Source of the DNA: Octopus sinensis
Taxonomy: Eukaryota
NCBI RefSeq assembly: GCF_006345805.1
Contig: NC_043002.1
Coordinates: 24,676,001-24,740,000 of the forward strand
Direction of reading: 5' to 3'
DNA length: 64,000 bases
The notes beneath the pieces are model-generated. The model ran no database searches. It was not told the origin of the DNA and saw nothing but the letters and a program-made list of their open reading frames with translations. This document shows, piece by piece, positions 1 through 12,679 of the stretch. A program made the position numbers and the translations under genes. Every line of letters starts with the position of its first letter. Positions within the stretch are counted from its first letter, which is position 1.

Positions 1-331
1 CACCATGATGCACTTCATTCTGTCAGAAATTTGGAAATGACATGCTGTACTGCTTGGCATTCACACTGGAAGCTCCAAAGATGAACTGAAGGCAAGGATT
101 ATGGCAGCATTCACCAACTTAAACAAGGAGACCATCCATAAGAGTTGCAAGAGATTCCGTAGTCGTCTGGAGGCCATGGTTGAAGCCAATAGCAATTTTA
201 TTGAATAGTTTTCCTATTTAATATTTCAAGATATCTTTATGTAAGTTTGGTAAATACACCTATTAAAATGAGATGTCAATGTTATTTTCATTTTTGCGTA
301 ATTTAGCTGACAATTCATTCACCGTACCCTG
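1..331 (+). mobile_element. Tc1/mariner-type DNA transposon, 3' end (transposase C-terminal remnant + right TIR)
   Basis: Remnant SSKDELKARIMAAFTNLNKETIHKSCKRFRSRLEAMVEAN; ends CACCGTACCCTG followed by TA; 271-331 is the reverse complement of 4561-4620. Confidence 0.85.
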
Positions 332-343
332 TACATAGATATG

Positions 344-584
344 CAGTAATCTCTCGTCTATCACAGATGTTACATTGCAAACCAGCACCCCCATGATAGG
401 CGAAAATCCATGAAGTAGAAACAGTATTGTACTGTATAGTTTTTTTTTATTATTTTTATAATTTGTGTATATTTATTTTATTATAAATGCAAAACAACAT
501 CAAGGGGGAACCAACGTAATCTTAAATAATAAACCACAATAGGTGACCGTGATAGGTTAACCGTGATATGATGAGGGATTATTG
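344..584. mobile_element. MITE, pogo/Tigger-like
   Basis: Imperfect ~25-bp TIRs CAGTAATCTCTCGTCTATCAC / GTGATATGATGAGGGATTATTG, TA at right flank. Confidence 0.65.
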
Positions 585-642
<58 letters not shown>

Positions 643-1302
643 CGACTTGGGTTGAAACAATTGTTATGATTAATAAGGAATTTTGTGAATTCCATTTTCT
701 CTTTCACTCATTTGTTTTATATATATAATTTATATATATATATATATATATACATCCTCAGTAGTTCATATATCCCAAAAAGAAGCACACTCTAAAATGT
801 TAGAGCAATAATATATATTTTTAGGAAGTTAAAAATTATGACCAATAATAGAGTGACTATTAATTTCATATCTATAAAGTGCTTCACCTATACTGCTAAG
901 CACCTTATAGGTGCAAAACCAATGGTCACTCTATGACTGGCCATAACTTTTAACTTCCTTATATACATACATACCGTTATTGTTTTTTAATGTCCACCTT
1001 TTTATGCTTTTATGGGGCAGATAAGACTACAATAAGGCAGACTTTTCTGCAGTTAGATGCCCTTCCTGATACTAACCCTGACCTGTTTCCAAACGTGACA
1101 TTTATCCCCTGCCTATTGAACAGTGAACAGCCAAAGCATACTTTTACAGTGATTGCAAGCCAAGGACACCATCTGCTTGAATGATGGATCTTTTGTTTAC
1201 AGTCAGCACTTACATGTGAAAGCAATGGGAAATAAAAGCTCATTTACACATGCACATAGGCACACAGACACACATGCATATATAAACAAATACACACACA
1301 TT

Positions 1303-1519
1303 CGAAGGAATGCCATAAAGTTCTTGGTTTTAAGGGTATCATAAAAGGCCTGGTTAGAGGCCCAGCATTCTGAGTTCTTTTATAAGTCTTAGGAAAATTG
1401 AAGGACTGCTGCAATAAGTGTGTGAATGTGAGAGGGGAATATATTCAATAAAATCATGATTAACTGATCCTCCTATATTTTCTTTTATCTAGAGCCAGGA
1501 ACTTTTCAGCATCCCCTCA
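1303..1519 (+). mobile_element. mariner-derived MITE
   Basis: Degenerate TIRs (right: AGCCAGGAACTTTTCAGCATCCCCTCA+TA); internal remnant resembling a mariner C-terminus (LKDCCNKCVNVRGEYI). Confidence 0.65.
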
Positions 1520-1849
1520 TATATACTTGAAGAGATCAACTCTGATTTCTTTGTAATACAAAAATGATGGCCCTATAGTTGAGCTCATTCATTTCATCAG
1601 GGTTAATGTGATAGACCTTGTATTGAATAATACAACTTCCCACCTTATCTCTCACATTGTTTCCAAAGCTGTTCTGTATTTTCATATTTGTCACTTTATT
1701 ATTGCTTTATCTCAATCTTTTCTCCATCTTCTCTTCATGTCTTCATCTCCTTAATCCTCTCATGGAATAATCCAGTTTTATTTAAGCTGTCCATGGATGA
1801 TACACTCAAACATAATACATACACAGACACAAACAACAAACATCCTTAC

Positions 1850-3200
1850 ATGCACAGATACCACTACATACACTCACACACTACACAGTTTGACTACAAA
1901 CAAGCACCCTCCTCCCACTCTATTGCACCTCTATACATATCATACAAGCACTACATAGCAGCATACCATTTAATACCACTATTCACAGCTGCTATACACA
2001 ATTAATATACACCACACGCCACCATTATATACCACACTTTATTGCACATCACTCTGCCACTGGACTCCATATTACTATACTACCACTACAATACCACTAC
2101 TGCACACTGCTACACCACAGACCACTCTATGAGCCATCACCACAACTCTACATACTTCTACCACTGTACGCTATCACCAACACATACCGCATCACAGCCA
2201 CTACACCTGTGCTATACTTCATACCACCTGCCACCACCACACACCACTCCACATACCATTCCATGTACCACCACACACTGCTCTGTGCACCACTACACAT
2301 CACTTCACACATCACCACTCCATGTGCCACCACATGCCACAACCATGCATCACTCCACATGACACTCCATGTGCTACCACTGCACACAACTACACATACT
2401 GGTGCTACTGCAAACCACTCCACATACCACTACCATGTACCACTTTACATGCCATCACCACCAACACACACTGCTCCACATGTTGACACCATTACATACC
2501 ACTCCACGCACCACTGCCACATGCCACTTCACAAGCTACCATCATGACCACACACAACTGCACACCACTCCAAACTACTACCACAAACTATGTACTATCT
2601 CTGCATGCCACACACCACCCACTACACACCCCTACATAGAACCACACAACACCAATACCTCACACTATGTATTGCACAACCACTACACACTGCTAATGTA
2701 TGCTTGTTTGGCTCACTAGAAATAGCAGCCAAATCTTCCTCAAATCATACCCTGCCATATTAGCAAAGGACATGGATAAATTAAACCTGGGAGCCCTCTG
2801 CATAAGTAAAATGGGATGGTCTCAGTTGGAATGTTTTGAGAGGTATGTTCAATTGGGGCTGTCCTGGTGCAAAATAACAACTACATGCTGAGCACCACCT
2901 CAATACACACTACTATAATACATGAACACACTCACACACTGGCACTATCACACATACTGCATGCACACTTACACACACACAGCACAATCATACCATGACA
3001 CATACATTTACTTCTACTTTCACAATCATTCACAAACAAAAAACCATGCATATACACATCACCATCACTACATGCATGCACGTACGCACACTCACAAACA
3101 CACACATACATCATCACTATGCACCCAAATTCATACACACACACACACCACTACACAAACTATCACCAACGGGCACACACATACACACACATCAATTTCT
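1850..3200. repeat. CAC/TAC/CAT-rich low-complexity region
   Basis: Degenerate CACCAC/CACTAC runs; the His/Thr-rich ORFs here are compositional artefacts. Confidence 0.85.
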
Positions 3201-3314
3201 ATCATAATTTCCTTGCTGTAAATAGGATTTTTCGGAAAATGTACACTATATCTCTCAGATCTCATTATCTCATATGATAGAGACAGTGGTGGTGGTGGCA
3301 GTTTAAGTTAGTTA

Positions 3315-3321
3315 TGATGAC

Positions 3322-3380
<59 letters not shown>

Positions 3381-3500
3381 CAACTATGGTGGTGTTAGTA
3401 GTAGCAATAGTAATTGTGGTGGTGATGGTGGTAGTGGTGACAGTAGTAATAGTAGAAGTAGTAGTAGCAGTAGCAGTAGTAGTAGCAGTTGCAGCAGCAT
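3315..3500. repeat. (AGT)n microsatellite
   Basis: Direct GTAGTAGTA run. Confidence 0.95.
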
Positions 3501-4096
3501 ACATATAGCTGCAATAGCAGCTGCAGTATTTCTATCGTAAGCCTCCACTAGTCAATATGTGTTTCTGCTAGAATTAGATTTTATTAGCTCCAGGCCATTG
3601 AAGTCCCAGAATAGTTATAGTAGCATTGATATACGTATGAGTCTTTGTGTGTGTGTGTGTGTGTAATACAAACATACATATATCATTATCGTCATCATCA
3701 TTTTTGCATCCACTTTTCTATGCTTGCATGGTTTGGACAGAATTTGTTGAGGTGAATTTTCTATGACCAGATGCCCTTCCTTTTGCCAATACTCACCTGT
3801 TTCATAAAAAGTAATATTTCCCCTTGAAAGAGTGGAAATGTATTAATGCTGTTTGTGTGATATTGACACTTGCTTACAAAGTATCATGTGATGTCAAGAT
3901 AAAGTAACAAACACAAGCACATACATACATACATACAGACAGACAGACAGTTGGACTGAATCCAAGATTATCCGGTAGGAAAGTGACAGTTCAAACATGC
4001 AGCCAAATTTGCACCAACTGGAATGAAGATGACATGTGTATGTATGTGTGTGTATATGTGTGTGTATACATGTGTATATAAACATGCATGCATGTT

Positions 4097-4127
<31 letters not shown>

Positions 4128-4560
4128 ATTTATATATATATGTGTGTGTGTGTGTATATATATATGTGTGTGTGTGTGTGTATGTATTTTGCATATATAT
4201 ACTTATATATATATTTATAGATAGATACGTACACACACACATTCATATTAAATATAATTGTATATGTAGAGGTGCATGTCTTAGTGGTTAGGATGTTACA
4301 CTCATGATTGAAAGATTGTGGTTTTGATTCTTGAATGGGCAATGCATTGTGTTCTTGAGCAAAACTCTTCATGTCACATTGCTCCAGTCGACTCATCTGG
4401 CAAAAATGAGTAAGCTTGTGATAGACCTGTGTCCTATTCAGGGCAGGGGTATATATATATATATATATATATACTCCACAGATTCTGAGAAACCAACCTT
4501 ATGAACCTATGACATCAGAAGGACCTTTTATCTTTTTTTATATGTGTGCATGTGTATATA

Positions 4561-5436
4561 CAGTGTGCGGTGAATATATTGTCTGAATTACGCAAAAATG
4601 AAAATAAAATTGACATCTCATTTTAACAGATATATTTACCAAAATTACATAAGTTTACCAAAATTTTATTCAATAAAATCGCCATTGACTTCAACCATGG
4701 CCTCCAGATGACTTCAGAATCTCCCACAACTCTTCTGAATGGTCTCCCTGTTTAAGTTGGTGAATGCTGCCATAATCCATGTCATCTTTGTCATGTTCAT
4801 CTTTGGTGTTACAAGTAGTTTTGTTGGTCCCTCACTCAACTGCACCCCATACATAATAATTAAGCAGGTTGCAGTCTGGGGAGTTAGGTGGCCAGATATT
4901 AGGGGTGGTGTGGTCACAGAAATAGTCTGACAGCCATGACTAGATTCTCCTGCTTGTGGCATGGTGCAGAGTCCTGTTGCCAGACATAGAGTCTTCTAGC
5001 AGCCACCCTCTTGACCCAGGGCAGCATTATCTCCTCCAGGCACTTGATGTTGGCCTCCATCTTGAATCTGAGGCTGTGTGGGAAGATGAATGGAGGTATA
5101 ATATCGCCATCACTTGTGATCACTCCAAACACCATGATGTTGACTGGATGTTTGATTTTTATCACTTTCAGTACATGTCCTCAGATTGCACTTTCTTTAG
5201 ATTGGCACCCAAATATTCTGAAATGTTCATATTGGAGCTTCCAGTGCGAATGTCAAGCAGTACAGCATGTCATTTCCAAATTTCTGACAGAGTTAATTGC
5301 ATAATGATGCTGTTTTCCCCACAGACAGTGCCCCTCTGACTCTACTGTAATGTGTAATTGACAAAATCGGAAACAAACCATGCACATACGCAAAATTTAA
5401 AACATAAAATGGTGACAATTTACCCATCGCACCCTG
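4561..5436 (-). mobile_element. Tc1/mariner-type element, internally deleted, both TIRs present
   Basis: CAGTGTGCGGTGAA...TTTACCCATCGCACCCTG flanked by TA; minus-strand DDE remnants MVFGVITSDG, VWQQDSAPCH; same family as 1-331. Confidence 0.9.
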
Positions 5437-5666
5437 TATATTGGTTTCAAATTTTGGCTCAAGGCCAGCAATTTAGGGGAAGGGGTAAGTTGATTACATC
5501 GACCCAAGTGATCAACTGGTGCTTAATTTTATTGACCTGAAAGGATGAAATGCCAAAACAACCTGTGCAGAATTTTAACTCAGAACATAAAAACGGACAA
5601 AATTCCACTAAACATTTTACCTGGTGTGCTAATGATTCTGCCAGCTCACCACCCTATGTGTATTTA

Positions 5667-5758
<92 letters not shown>

Positions 5759-6416
5759 GATAGATAGATAGATAGATCGTCAGTATCATTTGCTTATATA
5801 CCAATTTTCCCTGCTTGCATGGGTGCTATGGTGTTTGTTGAGGCAAATTTTCTATGGCCAGATACCCTTCCTGTTGCCAACTCTCACCTATTTCTATGCA
5901 TGGTAATATTTCTCCATAACTGGACGTGTTCTTCAAAGAAGACTGGAAAGAAACAGTATTGTTTGCATGACAATGATGCTTGTCTATAAGCATAACATGA
6001 TGTCAATGCAAGAGTACACATAGGCACAAACACGCATGCACAAGTGTGCATACAATGGGCTTGTTTCAGTTTCCATGTACCAGATTTATTCCCAAGACTT
6101 TGATTGGCTCAAGGCTATAGTAGCAGGCACTTACCACAAGGTGTTTGTAGTCAGAGACAGAAACTGAGACAACATGACAATATATATCAGATACACTCAG
6201 ATCCGATGCAGTCTCTTGTTCAACGGATGTTATGACTGAAGAGTGAGGAGTCAGATGTAACATAGTCCCTTTGCTAAAAGAGAGGGTGAGAATTAAATGA
6301 GATGTTCCTGAAGAAGGAGTAACATTATATGGATGCTGTCAAGGAACATAATGAGTAAGAGATGGAAATGTAGGCACCATACATCCCCACCATTATCACA
6401 GCCATCGTTTTAACAT

Positions 6417-6865
6417 TTATCTTTTCATGCCACTCTTTATTTTCTTCCATATATCATCTAATGTTTTAGCACAAAATTGTATTCGTGAATTAATCCATGA
6501 GTAATCCTCAAAAATGTTATGTACATATATGGTGACATGCTTCCCTACCTTCCTTCTTTCTTCCTCTGTATATGATATTGATATATCCACATATTCTTTT
6601 GTTGCAGGCCACAAGAAATCTTCAAATGGAAACTGCAGGTTGACAATAATTTGTCTGGTTTTGAAGTTGGTCGCATCATTTGGAGTGTGGAGTATGAAGT
6701 TGATAGCAAGGCCAGAGAACATCACTTTATTCCAAACAAAAATTTTCTCACCAAAATTAATATTCAATCTGTTGAAGAGAAGAAACTTGTGCCTGTTCTC
6801 AAGGTATTTTGTGCCTTTCATTTTTCTAACTAACTTTGTATATAAACTGGACACTACAAGACATT
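6417..6865 (-). CDS. candidate terminal coding exon of an unidentified gene, antisense to and probably intronic in TMEM132
   Basis: ~149 open codons after acceptor TCTTTTCTCCTAG (AG 6867-6866); non-repetitive protein-like composition; no family recognised. Confidence 0.4.
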
Positions 6866-6905
6866 CTAGGAGAAAAGATTATATAATATTAAATGATATT
6901 TAACA

Positions 6906-7070
6906 GGCATTGGAGTGGCTGTGTGGTAAGTAGCTTGCTTACGAACTACATGGTCCCGGGTTCAGTCCCACTGCGTGGAACCTTGGTCAAGTGTCTTCTA
7001 CTATAGCCTTGGGCCAACCAAAGCCTTGTGAGTGGATTTGGTAGACGGAAACTGAAAGAAGCCCGTCGTA

Positions 7071-7146
<76 letters not shown>

Positions 7147-7351
7147 GTGTCTGTGTTTGTCTCCCCAACATCGCTTGACAACCAATGCTGGTGTGTTTAC
7201 ATCCCCGTAACTTAACAGTTTGGCAAAAGAGACCAATAGAATAAGTACTAGTCTTACAAAGAATAAGTCCTGGGGTCGATTTGCTCGACTAAAGGCGATG
7301 CTCCAGCATGGACACAGTCACATGACTGAAACAAGTAAAAGAGTAAAAGAG
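6906..7351 (+). mobile_element. SINE family A (tRNA-like head, internal TA/CA microsatellite, GTAAAAGA tail)
   Basis: GGAGTGGCTGTGTGGTAAGTAGCTTGC...GGTTCAGTCCC head; near-identical copies at 10828, 30960, 31797, 59908, 60355. Confidence 0.9.
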
Positions 7352-7468
7352 ATATTAGATTAGATAAAGCTGGTGAATGCGAAATATAACTTCACAAATC
7401 TAAATTATATAGAATGCCTGGTGCTGGAATGGACAAGACTAAATAGGATAGGTCTAGATAATACTGAG

Positions 7469-7510
<42 letters not shown>

Positions 7511-8267
7511 TATAATGATGATGATGATGATGATAATGATGATAATAAACTTATTGTATACAGTGCCCAGGTACACTAGAACTAATTGGGAAAGGGTAAA
7601 ATAAGAAAAGGGCCAAAGGAAGCATCAATAAATTAAATAAAGAAAGTTAGTAACATTAGCTAAAGTGCGTGTATGGTATACAGTACAGGATAAACCACAA
7701 AGATACATAATGGTGAAGAGTAAGGGAAACATAAAGAGGAAAGGGTGCAAAGATTCTTCAAGAGTAGTGTTGGTTTTTCAGAGGTACAGCCCCCTAAAAA
7801 TCCCCTGCGTATTATACTCAAGGGCGGGCTATACTCGAGGATTTACAGTACTTGTATTTCAAAGGGCTGGCCTTGTCACATTCTGAGTCATGCTGAATCT
7901 CCCTGAAAACTCCATTAATGGTGTGCTTGTCTGTGGAGGGCTTAGTCATCACTCCATCGACAAATTAATGAAGTTTTCAGCCACTTGCATGTTAATTTCC
8001 TGAGCAGGCTGTTTGGTCAGATCAACTGGAACCCTTGTAGTTGTAACCAAAGGAGTGCTGGACTTGAGTAGTACCGTAAATCCTTGAGTATAACCTGCAT
8101 TGACTGAACTGAATGGGAGACACTGGATGAGTTTAAGCTTGGGTATATAGGAAGGAAATTTGCTGGAAAATACTGGAGTAGACTAGATATAGTGTACCAA
8201 AAAAAAAACAAGATGAAACTTTTCAAAACTGGACAAAATAGTGAGATGTTGGACATGACAAAATTTC

Positions 8268-8511
8268 ATTATGTATATTATTTACACTTGACAGATATTT
8301 GTCCTCATCTTGTTTGTTGTTAACACGTTTCGGCTGATATACCCTCCAGCCTTCATCAGGTGTCTTGGGGAAATTTCGAACCTGGGTTCTCATTCCTAAG
8401 GTATTTGTTGTCGTTGTCATCGGCGGCGGCGGCGTTCCAGGTCACTGTCTGGAATCGAACTTGGAGTCTTGGGGTTAGTAGCCTGCGCTCTTAACCACTA
8501 TGCCATATGCC
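8268..8511 (-). mobile_element. SINE family H: tRNA head + triplet microsatellite + hammerhead-like 3' body
   Basis: Minus strand: A box TGGCATAGTGG, B box GTTCGATTC, then ACCTTAGGAATGAGAACCCAGG...CTGATGA-AGGCTG...CAGCC-GAAAC. Confidence 0.8.
8315..8368 (-). ncRNA. minimal hammerhead-ribozyme-like motif (degenerate)
   Basis: GACAC-CUGAUGA-A-GGCUG(loop)CAGCC-GAAACGUGUU; stem I partner appears damaged by a small deletion relative to the sister copy at 8659-8703. Confidence 0.5.
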
Positions 8512-8515
8512 CGTA

Positions 8516-8757
8516 GGCATATGGCATAGTGGTTACATGTGCAGGTTACTAACCTCAAGATTCCGAGTTTGATTCCAGACAGTGACCTGAATAATAATAA
8601 TAATAATAATATATAAAAATACCTTAGGAATGAGAACCCAGGTTTTAAATTTTCCCAAGACACCTGATGAAGGCTGGGGGTATATCAGTTGAAATGTTGT
8701 GCAAGCAACAAACAAGATGAGGACAAATATTTGTCAAATGTAAATAGTGTACATAAT
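8516..8757 (+). mobile_element. SINE family H, second copy, head-to-head with the first
   Basis: Same A/B boxes (TGGCATAGTGG, GTTTGATTC), (AAT)n, same body with CTGATGA...GAAA. Confidence 0.8.
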
Positions 8758-10827
8758 TTCTCATCTCTTAAATATAGAACTATGACAAAATTTAATTTTC
8801 ATTTCAAACTGGTGCAAAAGTTTACTTTGTGGTTTCCCATTAAAGGTAAGGATCTAAATTATGTCTTCAACTCCAGTGGGCAATGAACCCAATATTTAGG
8901 TATATGAGACCAGCTGTTGTAATGAGCTGTGTTTAAGAAGATGGTGACAATATTAAAAAATTTCTGTAACATTAGAGTTAATAGTCTGTACATATTTGGT
9001 GACATTTACTTTCAAAGAAGAATCTTTTGTCTTTATAAGGTATTTATAAGTATTTACGATGCCAGTGAAGCTGTTAATATCAAGTTAATTTAGAGATAAT
9101 TAAAAATGCTTAAGATAAAAAAAAAAATCAACTGCAATATCAAACAAAGTTTATATGATATTATGCATGAATTATAAAGACAGTACACCTGAATCATTGA
9201 AAACTCCAAATAGCCAAAACTTAATGCAAGTATGTCTTGGAATGTGACGCAGGTGTAGTAATATTTCTGAGTAATTTTATATTTGACTACAGATGCAGAG
9301 CCAGAATTTTGGTTCTCATTAAAAACTGGGAAAGAAACCACAAATTCCTATAGCTGCACTGCTTTGAGTTTAGGAGAGACAACATGCAAAGCAATGACTT
9401 TTTTTTTTTCAGGCTTTCTCTGAATCAGACAACAGATCAGCTTTCATATTTAAGGAAGTGATACTATTGCAAGATGAAGGACAAAGTACTACACCTTATC
9501 AAAGAATTTGCAGTTCTCCATGTCAGATATCCCCATAACTGATAGATTGTTGTGGTGCAGTTTGATTGTAGGTTGTACTGCAATGAATCTTGCACTGATG
9601 GTGCCAATATTGATTTATGAAGAGTGAAAAAAAAATCTTCTGTCACAAGACCAGGGATATGGAGAGAATTCTCTTCAAATTATTATTTCAAAAGCAGTGT
9701 TTTCAAGCAGACATTTGGATTACAGCTTATGAGCTAATGAATCTGCAGCAAAACTCTGCAATCATGGATTGATTGAAAAAAGCAAAAGGCTATTTTCAGC
9801 TTGCACTTTACTATCCTTGGTAGGATGTCTTCAAATGTAAAATGATTCTGCACAAAACAAGTTCATCATGTAAATGCAAAAGAAAGCAAAATATAGATGT
9901 ACACATTTGTGCAACTGCAAACATATTAAATAAATTACTTATAAACGCTTCTAAGTTTTCCACATCATACTTTCATCACAAATTTTCAAACACTTCCTAC
10001 AACTTTTAAACTATTTAATGCATTAATCTTTGTCTTCTTTAAATTCTGGCTGTTTGAAGTTTTTGATGATTTGAAAAGGTGGTCTTTATAATTTGTGTAT
10101 TTAGTATATTATTAATTTTGTTTCGACCTTTAGTGTTTAATCTGGCCATATGCAGCCCAATTATTCTACCTGTCTTGAAGCTAAAAGATTATGCATGATT
10201 AATTCAAAACAATGTAAATAAATAAACATTATATTTGACAAAGAAATTTGAACAGTAAAGGGTGAATATTACACTTGTTTTTTTTTTTCCTAAGAATTTT
10301 TGAATTGTCTTAAACATAAGTTTATGTTAAAGGATGTACTTTAAAATTATAAACATAAAAATAAAAGAGATAAAATAATCATAAATGCCATTACAGATCT
10401 TCATTTGAAAGCAAATGCCACCAAACAAGTTCAAGTCAGATCATCAACTCATACATTACAACTGTCTGAAAATTGAAACTTTTCTTTTATTTCTTCTAAA
10501 CATGGACTTATTCTCATCCTGAAAGTCCCAGTTGACTCTATCAAGCAGATTATTGTCCACTTGGGCTGAAGTTGTAATTTAAGTTCTTACCTTGTGTGTG
10601 ATGCTGAGGTGAACATGGAACAGATGTTTTCTTGTATTTAATCCATGACCTCGTGCTTCTGCTTTCAAATCTAGCCAGTCAGTTTTGTTTTTCAATACTT
10701 TCAAGCCCAATGCACCATGTACTAATGGCCTACTGGAACCTTGTTTACTGATTGAACCCATGTTCCTTCATTTAAAGAAACACTGCAATAAGAAATTCTG
10801 GCATTTTCTAACAGACCAGACAGGAAT

Positions 10828-11039
10828 ACTCTTTTACTTGTTTCAGTCATTTGACTGTGGCCATGCTGGAGCACTGCCTTTAGTCGAGCAAATCGACCCC
10901 AGGACTTATTCTTTGTAAGCCTAGTACTTATTCTAACAGTTTCTTTTGCCAAACCACTAAGTTACGGGGACATGAATACACCAGCATCGATTGTCAAGCG
11001 ATGTTGGGGTGTCAAACACAGACACTCAAACATATACAC

Positions 11040-11082
<43 letters not shown>

Positions 11083-11240
11083 ACAGGCTTCTTTCTGTTT
11101 CCGTCTACCAAAACCACTCACAAGGCTTTGGTCAACCCGAGGCTATAGTAGAAGACACTTGCCCAAGGTAGCATGCAGTGGGACTAAACTCAGAACCATG
11201 TGATTGATAAGCAAGCTACTTACCACACAGCCACTCTTGC
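10828..11240 (-). mobile_element. SINE family A
   Basis: Reverse complement of the 6906-7351 family. Confidence 0.9.
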
Positions 11241-11424
11241 TCAATATTTTTTAAATGGGAGGATGGGAAGTAAGAAGTTATTTTGTACATCCCGTTTACT
11301 ATAATTTCACTATGATTCAGAAATCCCTTGTCATAATTAATAGTGTAAACACTTTTTTTTAATTTTTAAAAATATTTTTAATTGAAATTTTAAAAAATTT
11401 TCTATATTTCTCTCCATTTTTCAG

Positions 11425-11568
11425 GTGACTGAGATAATGAACGTTGCATCCCTCACTGGTCGAACACAAATCTACCCATTACAGATATTTGTGGTGAACA
11501 AAGAAGGGAGCATCCATGATGTCACATGGCTGACATCTTGTCATTCAAGCAATGATAACGTCTTAAAG
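11425..11568 (+). CDS. TMEM132: TMEM132-family protein, internal exon (VTEIMNVASLTG...DNVLK)
   Basis: TTTTTCAG acceptor, AAG|GT donor, 144 nt phase 0/0; resembles the TMEM132 EILNTAVLTG...C.S.D..V.KV segment. Confidence 0.85.
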
Positions 11569-12473
11569 GTATTTGGAGAATGGTTTTCTTGATGGTCAAC
11601 CCTCTCTAATGACTGTAATTATCAGTATTGTTTTTCAGCCCTGACCCAGAAGACATATGGTCAAAGGCATTCCAGCCATGACTTTCCTGCTTTTTTTTGT
11701 TTCCAGACATAGTGAATCCAGAATTGCATTAACCCAATGTGTCTGCTTTTTTAAGATGATAGAGTAATTGAATTTGTTTCTAGCTAGTCAAGAAATCGCC
11801 CTCGTTAGTCTGAGGTTATTGTTGTTTAGACTCCTGTTGGCTCTTATCAAGCAGACCTATGGTCAAAATCATTTCACTCATGACTACCATCATTTTCTGC
11901 CCATTGCATTAACGATTCTACCTGGTTGCCTCCTTGAGAGAATAATGGTGTCAAAGTTTGGCACAAGGCCAGCAATTTCAGGGAAGTTGGGGAAGTCAAT
12001 TACATTGACCCCCCACTGCTCAACTGGTACTTGTTTTATCAACATCATTTGAATGAAAACCAAAATCAACCTCAGCAGAATTTCAACTCAGGATGTAAAA
12101 AGACTGAAGAAACAGCACTAAGCATTCTGTCTGATAGGCAAACAATTCTGTCAGCTTGTCACCTTTATTAAAAACAACAACAACAACAACAATTGTTTCT
12201 TATATAGGCACAAGGCCTGAAATTTCAGGAGTTGATTATATTGACCCCAGTACTTGATTGGTGCTTATATTATTGACCCCAAAATGAAGAAAGGCAAAGT
12301 CAACTTCTGAAGAATTTGAACTCAGAATGTAGAGAGCCAGAAGAAATACCACTAAGCATTTTAACAATTCTGTCAGCTTGCCACCTTATTGATAATAAGT
12401 AGTAGTAGTAGTAGTAGTAGTAATAATAATAATAATCATAATAATAATAATAATAATTGTTGTTTGTTTGCAG

Positions 12474-12679
12474 GTTTCTCGGAACTGTTCCTTCATCTAT
12501 GTTGATGGCAAAGAGAAGATTGGGTCACGCAATGTCACAGTAATTGCCAAGTCACGGCAGCTGGTTGCCTTTACACATGTCACAGTGTGGATGCCAGATG
12601 AAAGACTCAACATCCAGTTGTCAGATAACAAACTCAGTCAGATCAAACGATGGAAAGTGACAAAGGACCGCATCTTGCT
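12474..12679 (+). CDS. TMEM132: TMEM132-family protein, internal exon (VSRNCSFIYVDGKE...VWMP...LSDNKLSQIKRWKV)
   Basis: TTTGCAG acceptor, GTAAGT donor, 206 nt phase 0/2; C..VYV.GKE, VW.P and SD..L.QI..W motifs. Confidence 0.88.

Noticed and set aside
2042-3508. His/Thr-rich and poly-Val/Thr ORFs
   Set aside because: Low-complexity CAC and AGT repeats; no splice or domain support.
7790-8100. Outward-facing TIR-like ends (TACTCGAGGATTTACAGTA / TACCGTAAATCCTTGAGTA)
   Set aside because: Partner ends could not be located; probably two independent MITE fragments.
8440-8590. tRNA genes at SINE heads (also 4268-4340, 6906-6980)
   Set aside because: A/B boxes present but no complete acceptor stem; they continue into repeat bodies.
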